A stretch of DNA of 64,000 bases. Source: Octopus sinensis. Its lineage: Eukaryota. The DNA lies in the NCBI RefSeq assembly GCF_006345805.1, contig NC_043008.1:59148001-59212000 (forward strand), in the 5' to 3' direction. Shown one piece after another: positions 13,731 to 27,240 of this stretch; the stretch's first letter is position 1, and each line of letters opens with the position of its first letter. Made by a program: the position numbers and the translations under genes. The notes beneath the pieces are model-generated. The model was not told the origin of the DNA. It saw only the letters and a list, made by a program, of their open reading frames with translations, and did not search any database.

Positions 13731-14951
13731 ATGGTCGCTTTTGAAATGTGCTGGTGTTGGGATGTGTGCTCTGTGTATGTGAATTGCATTGGAGTTGTAA
13801 TGGGGACGGGTGTCTGTAATAGTGGTGGTGGTAATGGTAGTGATGGGGATGATGTTGTTGACAGCACTGGTGTAGCTGTTGTTGGGGGTGGTGTTCGCGT
13901 ATTGTTTCTGTTAAGCGCCCCCCCCCTTTGATGATACCTGCCAGTTTTTTGTGAGGTGTCGGTGGAATTCTATTTCATTTTCTTTTCCCAGAACTGATGA
14001 CATTTTCTCATTTAAGCTTTGCATTGTTAAAAAAAAATTGCTTTATTCTTCTATCCTCGGGAAGATGTATTAGAAATTTTTAGATAGCATTATGAAAGGA
14101 GAATATAAAGAAAATGGCGATAAATGATTATTTTACGATCTGGAAAGCCTTATTATCTTCTACAAATCTCTGTGGATAAAAAATCACACAAAACATCATT
14201 TGAAATTAGGAAAGAAGTAAACGACACACCTGAAGTTACAGATCAAATTGAGCTGTATTCCTAACATAAACTAAGAAAGACTTCTGATTACTCAAGGTAG
14301 AGTTTCCTGTGACGACGGTCTAGTAACACTAACCAACTGTAATCAACAAAATGCTAATAAAGTTAGAGGGGACCGTCACCTTTCCTGAAAAGCCTAAGTT
14401 TTTCTATTACTTTAGAGGCTGATTTTAATACGGTTGACTTCCTCCATATAAAACCTAATTTAAATAATGGTTTATAATACATTACTTGATTTATAATACA
14501 CTTCAAAATTTCTGATATTTAACAAATTTAATTTCACAGTATTAAATTCACAGTATTACAAAGCGGCCTTTCTAATAAGAAGGTTAAACATGATATATCT
14601 TACATTAAACCTTATAACTGAGTTAGAAATATTCGAAAGCTTGTTATATAAGCTTGTATACTTCTTGCCCGTAATGTAAATAGTAGAAACTCAAATATTT
14701 AAATTATTTTTCATAAGCACTTTCCCATTTCATCATTAATGTTATTAAATAAAAGCATTGTAAAACTTACTCAGCAACACTTAATCATATCACTTCAAAT
14801 GGTGGTGCTATAAAACCTACCACATCACTTCAAATATTTAAATGAAATCATAATAGTACAATATATAAAAACAATTTCAATTTCTCAAATTCATATAACT
14901 GTGTGTGTGTATAAAAGAATAAAAATATAAAAATATAGAAAGATAGCTCCG

Positions 14952-15066
<115 letters not shown>

Positions 15067-15149
15067 ATGATTGTTGTAACATCATAATTCGTGCCATAAT
15101 ATAAAATGTAGTATGATAATGAAGTATTAGATGAAGTATGATATTATAC

Positions 15150-15372
15150 AAAATATATTGGTTTCAAAATCGGTACAAGGCGAGCAATTTCGGCGAGTGG
15201 GTAAGTCGACTACATCGACCCCGGTGTTCAACTAGTACTTATTTTATCAGCTCCGAAAGGGTGAAGGGCTAGTGTTGACCTCGACGAAATTTGAGCTCAG
15301 AACGTAACGACAGACGAAATGCCGCTAAGCATTACGCTCGGCATGCTAAGGCTTCTTCCTATTCACCGCCTT
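15150..15372 (-). mobile_element. SINE family 2, diverged copy
   Basis: GAGCTCAGAACGTAACGACAGACGAAATGCCGCTAAGCAT matches 11781-12028. Confidence 0.8.
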
Positions 15373-15500
15373 AAACTATATTAATATATTGATAAATGAA
15401 TATAATACATAGTACAATGCATATCAATATATAGAAATTATACATACATACATACATACATACATACATACATACATACATACATACATACATACATACA

Positions 15501-15533
<33 letters not shown>

Positions 15534-15595
15534 GTCACGGGAAAAAAGATATATGTATTTGCATTGAGACCCTTCCATCGAAAACCGGTGATTGT

Positions 15596-15640
15596 CGTGC
15601 GCTGAGGACGGGTCAATACCCAGAAACTGCAGTCCGTGCG
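15596..15640 (+). ncRNA. Type I hammerhead ribozyme motif (minimal)
   Basis: CGTGCG-CTGAGGA-C-GGGT(CAAT)ACCC-A-GAAAC-TGCA-GTC-CGTGCG: stem I 6 bp with 2 G.U pairs, intact core, 4-bp stem II, palindromic ACTGCAGT stem III, GUC site at 15632-15634. Confidence 0.75.
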
Positions 15641-16731
15641 TATCACTTAGGTTGACGAGGGAAGGATGACATCCCTTTGCAACTACCGATAGGGCGCAGA
15701 AAGTGTGCCTATAGCCAGCTGGAGAAGATGTTCTCCTGGGGCTACAAGCTACAGTAGCATCCGCCCTTAGTGGTTAGCCACATTTGAGTGGCAAATATAC
15801 TTCACACACATATATATATATATATAAATATATAATTATATATATATAAATATATATATATATATAATATATATATATATATAATATATATTAATATATA
15901 TATATAATATATATATTAATATATATATATATAAATAATTGTATTAATAGAAAGATATAGGAATGTAATAATATATAATATGAAATACATAAAATAGGAT
16001 GTTTTACATTTAACATATCTACCATTAAAACCTAAGTTGCTACTTAAGTATAAAATATCCTTCATATAAATCTAAGATGTCCAAACACTAAGGTGTACTT
16101 GTACAACTACACTACGGTGTAGTTGTATCTTCACCCTCTATCTGTGGCTAATTGTCTAAGATATATAAAAAAAGATACCAAGAATATTTTCTAGATCTGT
16201 ATTCTTACCCATTTAATATATGTACTGAGATTTTTATTCTTCGTTGAATAACTTCATTCTCACAAATCACGTAGCAAGTAAACTATTGTGTAACTGTAAG
16301 ATTACTTATGGTTGCAATAAACATAAGTCATTGTAGCCTTATTAATACTAGCAGAAATACAGCCCTCCTGGCGTTTATCTGCTTGAGTAAGCCAGGTTTG
16401 CTTGTAGAAAAATGCTATGATAGGCATTGCTGCCAATATGTGTGTGGGAGGGTGTGTATGTGTGTGTGTGATTTAATATCATCTGGGTAATAACCGTAGA
16501 ACGTGTTTTACAAAGCTCCACGTGTATATGATACCATATGCTGTCATACAACAGGAATTCACCTTTTATTAGATATACATATAGAAATTCATTAATATCC
16601 TCAGAATTCAAGCTAAAACGTTATAATAGAAGATGGAAGGAATTACTGCAATTGTTTATGTGCATTACAATCAGCTGGCAATTGTTGAATGATTAAACGC
16701 ATTATTGCATTGATATGATCAAACTATAGCT

Positions 16732-17036
16732 GTGTGAAGGCACTTGGCCTTGTAGTTAGAGCAGCGGACTCGCGGTCGAGGGATCGTGGGTTCGAATCTC
16801 AGACCGGGCGATGTGTGTATTTATGAGCGAAAACACCTAAGCTCCACGCGGCTCCGACAGAAGGCAATGGCGAACTTATGCTGACTCTTTCGCCACAACT
16901 TTCTCTCACTCTTTCCTCCTGCTTTTGCAGCTCACCAGCGACGGACCGGCGTCCCGTCCAGGTGGGGAACCTATACGCCAAGGAAACCGGGAAACCGGCT
17001 TTTATGAGCCAGGCATGGCTCGAGAAGGAACAAACA
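16732..17036 (+). mobile_element. OK-like SINE head with a different 3' module (tail type B)
   Basis: Head and 5' body match 111-290, then diverge into GCGACGGACCGGCGTCCCGTCCAGG...AAGGAAACCGGG. Confidence 0.85.
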
Positions 17037-17194
17037 TTAACTGTGTACCTGTACGTCTTCGGGTGACTGAGTTCTAGCGTACTACTGGATCACTTATAAC
17101 TTCCCATTCATTTATATCCATATTTTATTTTTTATCATTCGTTTCCTCTCTCAATCTCCAGCTAAGGTAAAGAATGTCTATTGCTCTTTGTCAG

Positions 17195-17277
<83 letters not shown>

Positions 17278-17294
17278 GCACACACATACAGATA

Positions 17295-17811
17295 TACTAG
17301 CAGATACCCGGCGTGCCCGTGTCACATGAAATGAAGAATTAGACTTTTCCTTTACATTTCCTCTCATGAACTGGAACACCTGTGATTCTAATTTCATCAA
17401 AATTGGAGATTAAGAATTTTAATATTGGTTCTTTCCCTCTTTACACACCCTCATAAAAATTCAAATCAAACATACTGCATTATTCCCACCCTTATGCATT
17501 GGAGTTCCAAATATAAGGATCCATTCAAAATGACTTAAATTTGGGAGTTAGGGGGTCTTAGAATCATTCCAAAAGTGGAAAATTTGGGTATATTTTAAAG
17601 TTTATTTGTAATCCGAGGCATATGAATTTTCACGGGAGATTCTACTCCCCTTTCATGCCTCTCAAAATTGTATGAAACATACAGCATTACACTTCTCTCT
17701 AGGCTTGGATTTTGCGTTCCAAATTTCATTTGGATTGGTCCAGTAGTTTTCGAATCTATAAGTAACACACGAACACACGAACACACAGACATTGAATTTT
17801 ATATAATAGAT
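17295..17811 (+). mobile_element. Non-autonomous Helitron/Helentron-like element (Lep1/DINE-like architecture)
   Basis: 5' TACTAGCAGATACCCGGCG and 3' ACAGAC...TTTTATATAATAGAT, the same end layout as four other elements in the window. Confidence 0.55.
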
Positions 17812-18410
17812 TAGCTGTATAACCCGGCTTTACCCGGGATTAAGTTCTTTATTTCAAACAAAACTAAGTAACATTGAAGTCAAACTGGGCGAAATCCGTT
17901 GAAGTTGGTTTATATATATATATATATATTATATATATATATATATATTATATATATGGGCAACACACACACATGCATAGGCACACGTACTTGCGTACGT
18001 ACACCTATTGCGTACATGTTTTTTATACGCATACATGTTCTTGTATGTGTGTGTGTGTGTCTGTGTGTCTGTGTGTCTTGCCCGTATATCAACAAAGCAT
18101 TTTTTCCTCGGTGGGAAAAAAACAAAAATGTCTTAACAAAAACTTACTCGTCGCTAGAAGGGGACTTAACTCCTGTTTGCAAACAATGGTGATTTCTCCG
18201 ACTTGAAAATTGTTAAAAGTTTTGGTTGAAATTTTATTTTTACTGCTATTCGCTGGTGCCTCTGAGAAAAATAAATTGAAGAAAATACAGCTAGGATCAT
18301 AACAAATGTCCTCCTAAGATTGGAGCGACATGTGTGCTAATTTGCGGACGTGCATAAATTCAATTCACGTACTCACACCACACACCACACACACACACAC
18401 ACTCACTATA
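17810..18410 (+). mobile_element. Non-autonomous Helitron-like element, second family
   Basis: 5' ATTAGCTGTATAACCCGGCTTTACCCGGG hairpin; long homology to the minus-strand copy at 56385-56930. Confidence 0.65.
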
Positions 18411-18512
18411 TATATATATATATAATATATATATATATATTATATATATATATATTATATATGAAAAAAAGTCAAAAATAGAAAATGCTAAAAAATTTTA
18501 TAGTAAACATTT

Positions 18513-18549
18513 CAGTACCGGTTTCGGTCATTTTAGACCTTTTCAACTG
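18513..18549 (-). ncRNA. Degenerate minimal hammerhead motif
   Basis: Minus strand: CAG-TTGAAAA-GGTC(TAAAAT)GACC-GAAAC-CG-GTA-CTG; two core substitutions relative to CTGAAGA. Confidence 0.5.
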
Positions 18550-18781
18550 TAACGATTAAATAATTAAATTTAGAAAAATTAGAAGAAAATTTTTTTTAAA
18601 AGAATATTTCTATAGTAGTGTTCAGATTTAAGTGGCATTCTGCCTTTCTCTGACTCCCTTGTTTGCACTTGTGTGTCGGAGGTCGTTGTGAGTTCTTGGA
18701 AGGGTAGTAGAGGAAGAAGGCTGGTGGAGGGAGAATTCACAAGAAAAACAAAAGACGAGAACAGGTGGAGTAGACAACAGT

Positions 18782-18817
18782 CTTTAACGTTTCGAGCCTA
18801 CACTTTTCTACAGAAAG
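18782..18817 (-). ncRNA. Minimal hammerhead-like motif with CUGUAGA core variant
   Basis: Minus strand: CTTT-CTGTAGA-A-AAGT(GTAG)GCTC-GAAACGT-T-AAAG. Confidence 0.55.
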
Positions 18818-18911
18818 TAACACAGAAATAAACAAGGAAGGAAAATAAAGAATGTGTAGAGGCTAGCGATCTATATATATATATATATATATATATACAT
18901 GTTTAAATATG

Positions 18912-18944
<33 letters not shown>

Positions 18945-18981
18945 TGTGTGTGTGTGTATGTACTGGGATAGATAGATAGAC

Positions 18982-19052
<71 letters not shown>

Positions 19053-19422
19053 GGGGGAGGACGGGAGGGATGAATGGGTGGATGGATGGCAAATGGAGGA
19101 TGCGATAGCGAAAGAAACTAAGGAGAAAAGACTGAATGAATGGACAGATAGTAAGTTGGATAGGCAGATAGACACATTAACAGACAGACAGGCATACACA
19201 TTGAGAGATACATTAGCTGAGGAAGTTTAATCACTTCGCTTACGAAGAATGTTAAGTGATTAGCATACTCGTATAATCACAAGAATGGAAGTATATTCCA
19301 ACGTGGCACGATTCTGCCATGAACTTTGTTACCGATTTAAGAATATTACGTATTGGTAATGCCATGTGAATCAACATTACTTTCCATGTTGATTTCCACC
19401 TGTTTCTACATATATATCTGTA

Positions 19423-19455
<33 letters not shown>

Positions 19456-19600
19456 GATATATGTGTGTGTGTTGTGTGTGTATGTATGTATGTATGTGTG
19501 TATGTATATATATATGTATATATATATATATATGTATGTATGCATGTATATATGTGATATTGTATATATAATGTATGTATGTTATATATGTATATATGTA

Positions 19601-19643
<43 letters not shown>

Positions 19644-20518
19644 TACCTTGCATGCTGCTTTCCACCTGTTTCTACATATATATGTGTGTATATATACATG
19701 TATGTATATATGTTGTATTTATTTTCTTATATATATATATATATATTATATATACTATATATATATATATAATAATCTATATATATATATATATTGTATG
19801 CATGTAGTTATATGTATATAAACTCACAAATGTCTGTGGGGAGAGAGAGAGTGAGAGAGAGAGAGAGAAAGAGACTTATTGATATATAGACAGATTTGAG
19901 CAATATTCATTTTAACTTCCTTCCTACTCGAAAGCAGATATGCATTCATGCATACACGCGATACTTAGGTTTTCTGCGACTCTCTATAGATTTGCAGGTT
20001 TGCAGGTTTGCATTTTTCCAGAATTACATTTGTGATTAAGGGTAGTATATTCAGTGTATTGTCCAATCGTGTGTGCACACGCGTAGATGCGTGAATATAT
20101 GTTTACATATAGATATACAGATACATATACTCCATGTTATTCATCGAAAATCGAGGAGATGACTATTTAATGAATTTATCCATATATCTTACGTAGAGTA
20201 CTCTGTATATGTATACATTACAAGAAGCTTATTCACAGGAACACTACACAATATATTAATACATTTTTTATTTGAAAGTAAAGCACTTGCAACACTTTGC
20301 TAAAAAAAACTATTTGGAAGCAGGAACAAGAACACAAATATACATATATATATATATATATATATACCAATTAAGGACTGAACACGAAAAGTGGACAGTC
20401 AACATGCTAGATATAGACGTCAAATCGCCATTCACCACAAAAGATTATGTTCTCAGATCAAACTCAACACAAACCATAGCAATAAACAATTGAAAAATAT
20501 ACGAAATAAAATAATTAC

Positions 20519-20581
20519 CCATGTCTAAATTAGTTTCAGCTGTTATTTTCCGCAAGGAAAACTACAGCCTCATCAGCATGG
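20519..20581 (-). ncRNA. Type I hammerhead ribozyme, unit 1 (cleavage triplet damaged as written)
   Basis: CCATG-CTGATGA-GGCTG...CAGCT-GAAAC-TAATTTA-GA-CATGG; lacks the U of GUA. Confidence 0.7.
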
Positions 20582-21017
20582 TCCGTTATAATGTAATTTG
20601 CTGGACTAGATACAAACACGATACCGAAATATCGCGTGCATGGAGTTCAGCCTATTACATTTGAATATATCTTTCAAATGCCTTTACTTTGGCGCGTGGA
20701 ACCCGAGAAAACTAGCCTGCAGCTAATAATTAGCAGCAGTTAATTTATCGGTTAGAGAACATATTTATTATATAAAATTAATTAAGGGTAGAATTGATAT
20801 TTATCAATAAGACCAGTGGTCTAGCATATTAAAAAAATCCGAAGATAAAATATTTATATATACCATTAAGGACTGAACACACGAAAAGTGGACGTCAACA
20901 TGCTAGATATAGACGACGTCAATCGCCATTCACCACAAAAGATTATGTTCTCAGATCAAACTCCCACACAAACCATAGCAATAACAAAAGTGAAAAATAT
21001 ACGAAATAAAATATTAC

Positions 21018-21083
21018 CCATGTACTAAATTAGTTTCAGCTGTTTATTTTCCGCAAGGAAAACTGCAGCCATCATCAGCATGG
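21018..21083 (-). ncRNA. Type I hammerhead ribozyme, unit 2
   Basis: CCATG-CTGATGA-T-GGCTG...CAGCT-GAAAC-TAATTTA-GTA-CATGG; all core nucleotides present. Confidence 0.88.
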
Positions 21084-21487
21084 TCCGTTATAAATGTAAT
21101 TTGCTGGACTAGATACAAACACGATACCGAAATATCGCGTGCATGGAGTGTTCAGCCTATTACATTTGATATATCTTTCAAATGCCTTTACTTTGGGCGC
21201 TTTGGAACCCGAGAAAACTAGCCTGCAGCTAATAATTAGCAGCAGTTATTTATCGGTTAAGAACATATTTATTTATATAAAATTAATTAAGGGTAGAATT
21301 GATATTTATCAATTAAGACCAGTGGTCTAGCATATTAAAAAAATCCGAAGATTAAAATATTTATATATACCAATTAAGGACTGAACACGAAAAGTGGACA
21401 GTCAACATGCTAGATATAGACGTCAAATGCACGCGATATTTCGGTATCGTGTTTGTATCTAGTCCAGCAAATTACATTTATAACGGA

Positions 21488-21552
21488 CCATGCTGATGAT
21501 GGCTGCAGTTTTCCTTGCGGAAAATAACAGCTGAAACTAATTTAGTACATGG
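21488..21552 (+). ncRNA. Type I hammerhead ribozyme, inverted copy
   Basis: CCATG(21488-92) CTGATGA(21493-99) T GGCTG..TTTTCC-TTGC-GGAAAA..CAGCT GAAAC(21533-37) TAATTTA GTA(21545-47) CATGG(21548-52). Confidence 0.9.
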
Positions 21553-22084
21553 GTAATTATTTTATTTCGTATATTTTTCACTTGTTTATTGCTATGGTTT
21601 TGTGTTGAGTTTGATCTGAGAACATAATCTTTTGTGGTGAATGGCGATTTAGTTCTATTCTAGCATGTTGACTGTCCACTTTTCGTGTTCAGTCCTTAAT
21701 TGGTATATATAAATATTTTAATCTTCGATTTTTTTTAATATGCTAGACCACTGGTCTTAATTGATAAATATCAATTTCTACCCTTAATTAATTTTTATAT
21801 AATATATATAATATATATTACTATGACTTTCGAAATCTGTATTTGTAATATTATCTTATCTATCGATTTATATAATATTTTTGTATGCGTTTGATGTTCT
21901 CATTTGTAAAGAATAAATAATCCAACATTATAATTCCGTAAGTTGATGAACATCCAAATTTGTTTTCCTTCTCATTTCTTTATTTTTATTATATATATAA
22001 TATATACATACACATAACATATATATATATATATGTATCTATACATGTAGTAATGCATGCATGTATGTATGTGTGTGTATTGAG

Positions 22085-22410
22085 TCCCATCTCAACGCCG
22101 TGGCCATGCCGGGGCATCGGCGTTTTCTACACTGTTATTATTGAGAGCCTTCTCTGATATATGGCCTGTGGTAATCAAGGGAGTTTAATGTCGCTACCCT
22201 CATTTGCACCTCTTGCCACGAGGTAGGTTTACGTGGGACTCTCGACAGGAAAAGGTCCAGTTTTGATTTGAAAACACCTACAGCTACTTTGTGTAGGTCC
22301 ATCAGGTTCTTTGAGAGAATATCAAAAAGATGTGGGCCCCTGAAGCCGAGGCTGTTGCAGTAACTGATCCTGAAACGCGATGGCATTGCTGGGATCTTTG
22401 GCACTGTGCA
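22085..22410 (-). pseudogene. CR1/L2-like LINE 3' end (ORF2 C-terminus plus tail)
   Basis: NSLGFRGPHLFDILSKNLMDLH...VFKSKLDLFLSRVP resembles CR1/L2 ORF2 C-termini; tail GATGCCCCGGCATGGCC. Confidence 0.75.
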
Positions 22411-23108
22411 GTGGCGACATCTAATCCGCTAGAAGGAGTAGTTAAAATCCAAACCACTATTAGGTGTAATTTCGAAAGGGAATGAAAACTAAAAACATTT
22501 ACTATCTATTTCCTGGACCATGGTTTCAAATATGTTTGAGAGATATTTGAACCTGTAAAATGCTTTGCCCTGCAGTTTGTCATATGTACAAAGCTTGCAT
22601 AAGACAAAAAGGTATCGAAACACCATAATTAGCGACTGCGAGAATTTTTATTGATGACAAAGGTAGTGAAAAGCATCTATTCACGAATATATGTATGTAT
22701 GTATATATGCATTTATGTATATACATATGTGATTGACTAACAAACTCAGACATCCATACATGCATATGTGAGAGAATGTGAACATATATATGAACACATA
22801 TATTTGTGTGTGTGTGTTTTTGTTGCTGCTGGAATGTGTAGTGGATTTCATTTGGGCATATAGATTCGAATCTGAATCTATAGAATAGAATACAAGGGCA
22901 TTTTCTTGCAGAGAAACAATAGTTGACATCAGTTACATTGAACACATGCGAGTGTCTCTTGCTGACCTTGAAGATTCCATACTTGGACATACACGCATAC
23001 ACACGCACACGCAAGCACATACACACACATACAAATATATATATATACATTGTCTGTGTGCGTGTGTGTATATATATATATATGTATATGTATATATTTG
23101 TATATATA

Positions 23109-23358
23109 TCACGTGATCACTTGACCGACCAGACCATCAGATGTTGTTATACATCGCTGGTCACAATGACGCCACCTCGCAGGCTAAGCGAGCAGGCCAA
23201 CAGAAGAAAGGAGTGAAAGAGTACAGCAGGGATCACCACCCCCTGCCGGAGCGTCGTGGAGCTTTTAGGTGTTTTCGCTCAATAAACACTCACACCCGAA
23301 ACCGCGATCCTACGACCGCGAGTCCGCTGCCCTAACCACTGGGCCATTGCGCCTCCAC
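23109..23358 (-). mobile_element. OK-like SINE head with a third 3' module (tail type C)
   Basis: Head matches 53113-53180; 3' part reads TTCTGTTGGCCTGCTCGCTTAGCC...GGTCAAGTGATCACGTGA. Confidence 0.8.
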
Positions 23359-23418
23359 ATATTTGTATATATATTTGTATATATATATATATGTATACAA
23401 TATATACAATATATATAT

Positions 23419-24005
23419 AAAAATAAATATAAGAGAATGGTCACTATGTGGCTCATTCTAGCACTAGAAAATCCAAAAGGTTTCAACCACAAAAATACAT
23501 GTTTCCTATGAAAGTCAGTACGATTGTTAGCTCACACGAACAGGGCAAATAAAAAATAACAAAATACAGATTATTTTGGGACAATTGTTTCGCTATTAAT
23601 GAATTAAATGTAATTTTACTTACAAAAAACCACTTGTAGCTCCTCAGCCAAAACTATCTAATGAAATCCACTCAATCACACGCCAGATTTTACCATAACG
23701 ATAAATACACGTGTGGTTCAATTGATTACATCCGACGTTATAATTCAAATGCCCTTACAACAGCGCGCCAAACTTTCACGGAAACAAATACTACATTTAG
23801 AAATAAATGTAGCATAATTATAATTAATTAATAAGGGTGAGAGAATAGATACTAATTTAATAGCATATCTATTCAACACCAAGTGGCCCAGTGCCTCGAG
23901 AAACCTGGATTATTATAATATTTTATAATATATTATAATATTTTATACAAAAATAAATATAAGAGAATGGTCGCTATGTGGCTCATTCTAGCACTAGAAA
24001 ATCCA
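23419..24005 (-). mobile_element. 530-bp HHR-bearing unit with 57-bp terminal redundancy
   Basis: 23419-23475 equals 23949-24005 (1 mismatch); contains a canonical HHR; shares TTCAAATGCC(C/T)TTAC...GCGCG and TAATTAA..AAGGGT motifs with the 20.4-kb unit. Confidence 0.75.
23574..23653 (-). ncRNA. Canonical type I hammerhead ribozyme with large loop II
   Basis: Minus strand: TTTTGG-CTGAGGA-GCTA-(~45 nt loop)-TAGC-GAAAC-AATT-GTC-CCAAAA; perfect 6-bp stem I, palindromic ACAATTGT, GUC site. Confidence 0.9.
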
Positions 24006-24066
24006 GACATAGATACACCATCATCGGTTGTCAAATGATGGTGGGGAGACAAACACAGGTTCAATG

Positions 24067-25400
<1,334 letters not shown>

Positions 25401-26277
25401 TAAAATAAATACCAGTTGAATGCTGGGTTGATGTAATCGGTTTGCCTTCAACCCCGAGCCTGGTGGCCTTGCGTCAAAATTTGACACTATTATAATTAAT
25501 GACTGACTAGAACTAAAGTAGTTCAAATTAATGACTATAACTAAAATAGTTCCATTTCCTGCTACTTAAGAGTTCGTTTCAGTACGAAACAGAGCCTAAA
25601 CTATATATGTTTATGAAAAGGAAGCGTTTAGATAACGAGGATGGTTATGAATTGTAGAAGTGAGCAGTAAGATAGCTTACTGCAAAATGGAGGCGATAGA
25701 GTAGAGCAGCTTAGGTGAGAAAGCAGAAAAAGAAGAGGTGATGGAAATTTATGAAGCCCAGTCAATAGGTTGATAGGTCAAGTGATCGGGGAGACCGTCT
25801 TGGTCAAAGGGAAGCGAAGGTGGAAAATACAGATTAATGTACGGATAGGAATGTGAATGATTAAGAAAGGAATTAAACACATCTATCCATTTAATTAAAT
25901 TGGCTAATCAAATAGATATTTGGAGACGTATTATAACACACTTGTTCAGTAGTCCACTTGTTAATCACGTGGTCCCTGTTTCGATTCCTCATTGTAGCCT
26001 GTTGGGCAAATGTCTTTTACCATTGCTTTTGGGTCACGTTCATTCTGTGTAAGAATTACGGTAAGAGTACCCATGTCTGCGGAATACTTAATCACACTAA
26101 TTCAATGAGCGAGTAGTTCAGCCGATGAAAGAAATTAATAATCCTCGTAGAAACCGACGGAGGTCCATTTATGGGATTTGTTTCAATAGATAGATAGATA
26201 GATAGGTAGATAGGTAGGTAGGTAGGTAGGTAGATAGATAGATAGATATTTTTGAAATTAATTATTATCATTATTAT

Positions 26278-26490
26278 AAAGGCTGCGATCTGGCCGAACC
26301 GTTACCGTGTCGGACAAAATGCTCTAACCGTCTTTATGTTCTGAGTTTAAATTCAGTGGAGGTTGACTTTGCCTTTCATCCTTTCGAGATCGATAAAAAT
26401 AAGTACCAGTTGAGGGCTGGGGTCGATGTAATCGATTCGCACCCTCACCAGAAATTGCTGTGCTTGCGCTAAAGTTTTAAACTATTATTA
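26278..26490 (+). mobile_element. SINE family 2, diverged
   Basis: GACTTTGCCTTTCATCCTTTCGAGATCGATAAAATAAGTACCAG matches the family. Confidence 0.8.
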
Positions 26491-26944
26491 CTAATAGCAT
26501 CGCGAAGCACTGAATGCCACCCAATAAATAAAATAAAAATTAATGAATGGACACATGAATAAATATATTGCTAAGTCAATGAATAATGAATTGGTATATG
26601 CAAATTTTAACAATAAATTTAATTGTATGAACTCTATGTTTGAAAACGTAATAAATATTTATTTATTTATATATATATTTACTTGTCATTTGACTTTTTA
26701 CAAACATCATAAAGGTATTGATTATTGTAAGACTATTTCAGATCAAAATTATAACTTTCCTTTCACTATTTTCGAATTTGTCTATGTATTCATTTATTGT
26801 GAAAGTGTTGAGTATGGCTGTGTGATTAAGAAACTCACTTTGTCACCGCGTGATTTCGGTTTCAGTCCCACTGCGCCGCAACTTGAGTATTTTCTACTAT
26901 AGTTTTGGACCAACTGATGCTTAATTTTTTCCTCATCGTTTTCA

Positions 26945-27240
26945 CGTAATTTGTGTCCTTCAAGAGCTTGCGGATCTGTGGTCCATCAAAAATCCTCTGC
27001 GTTAAGCATTTCAATCGTCAAGTATGGACATATACTGCAGACATACTTGAAGCACTCCCTATTATTGTCAAGAGCTTTGATGAATTGCTTGGTCAACCCG
27101 AGTTTGATGTGCAAAGTGGCGAAATGATCTTATCGCGTTCAACTAAAATTTCTTCCTATATATTGGTAGCTCTATATGGTGACATATTTGTTCAAAGCGG
27201 CCAGTCTTTCTTAACATAGTGGTTTACTCGGTCTTGTGAG
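26945..27240 (-). pseudogene. Chapaev3-like DNA transposase fragment, copy 1
   Basis: Homologous to 29830-30050 (LHIKLGL.KQF.KAL motif) and to the NHY.KKDW segment. Confidence 0.7.

Larger units (their letters stand above)
20357..21805 (-). mobile_element. Tandem ~500-bp HHR-bearing repeat (2.1 units) plus an inverted partial copy; retrozyme-like or non-autonomous Penelope-type
   Basis: GGACTGAACAC recurs at 20375, 20870 and 21378; 21427-21805 is the reverse complement of part of the unit; one HHR per full unit; AT-repeat flanks. Confidence 0.85.

Noticed and set aside
13731-13930. Pro/Thr-rich minus-strand ORF next to the gap
   Set aside because: Low-complexity GGT/GAT-rich DNA at a contig edge; no identifiable product.
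19213-19245. CTGAGGA-AGT...ACT as a hammerhead
   Set aside because: No GAAA and no stem III.
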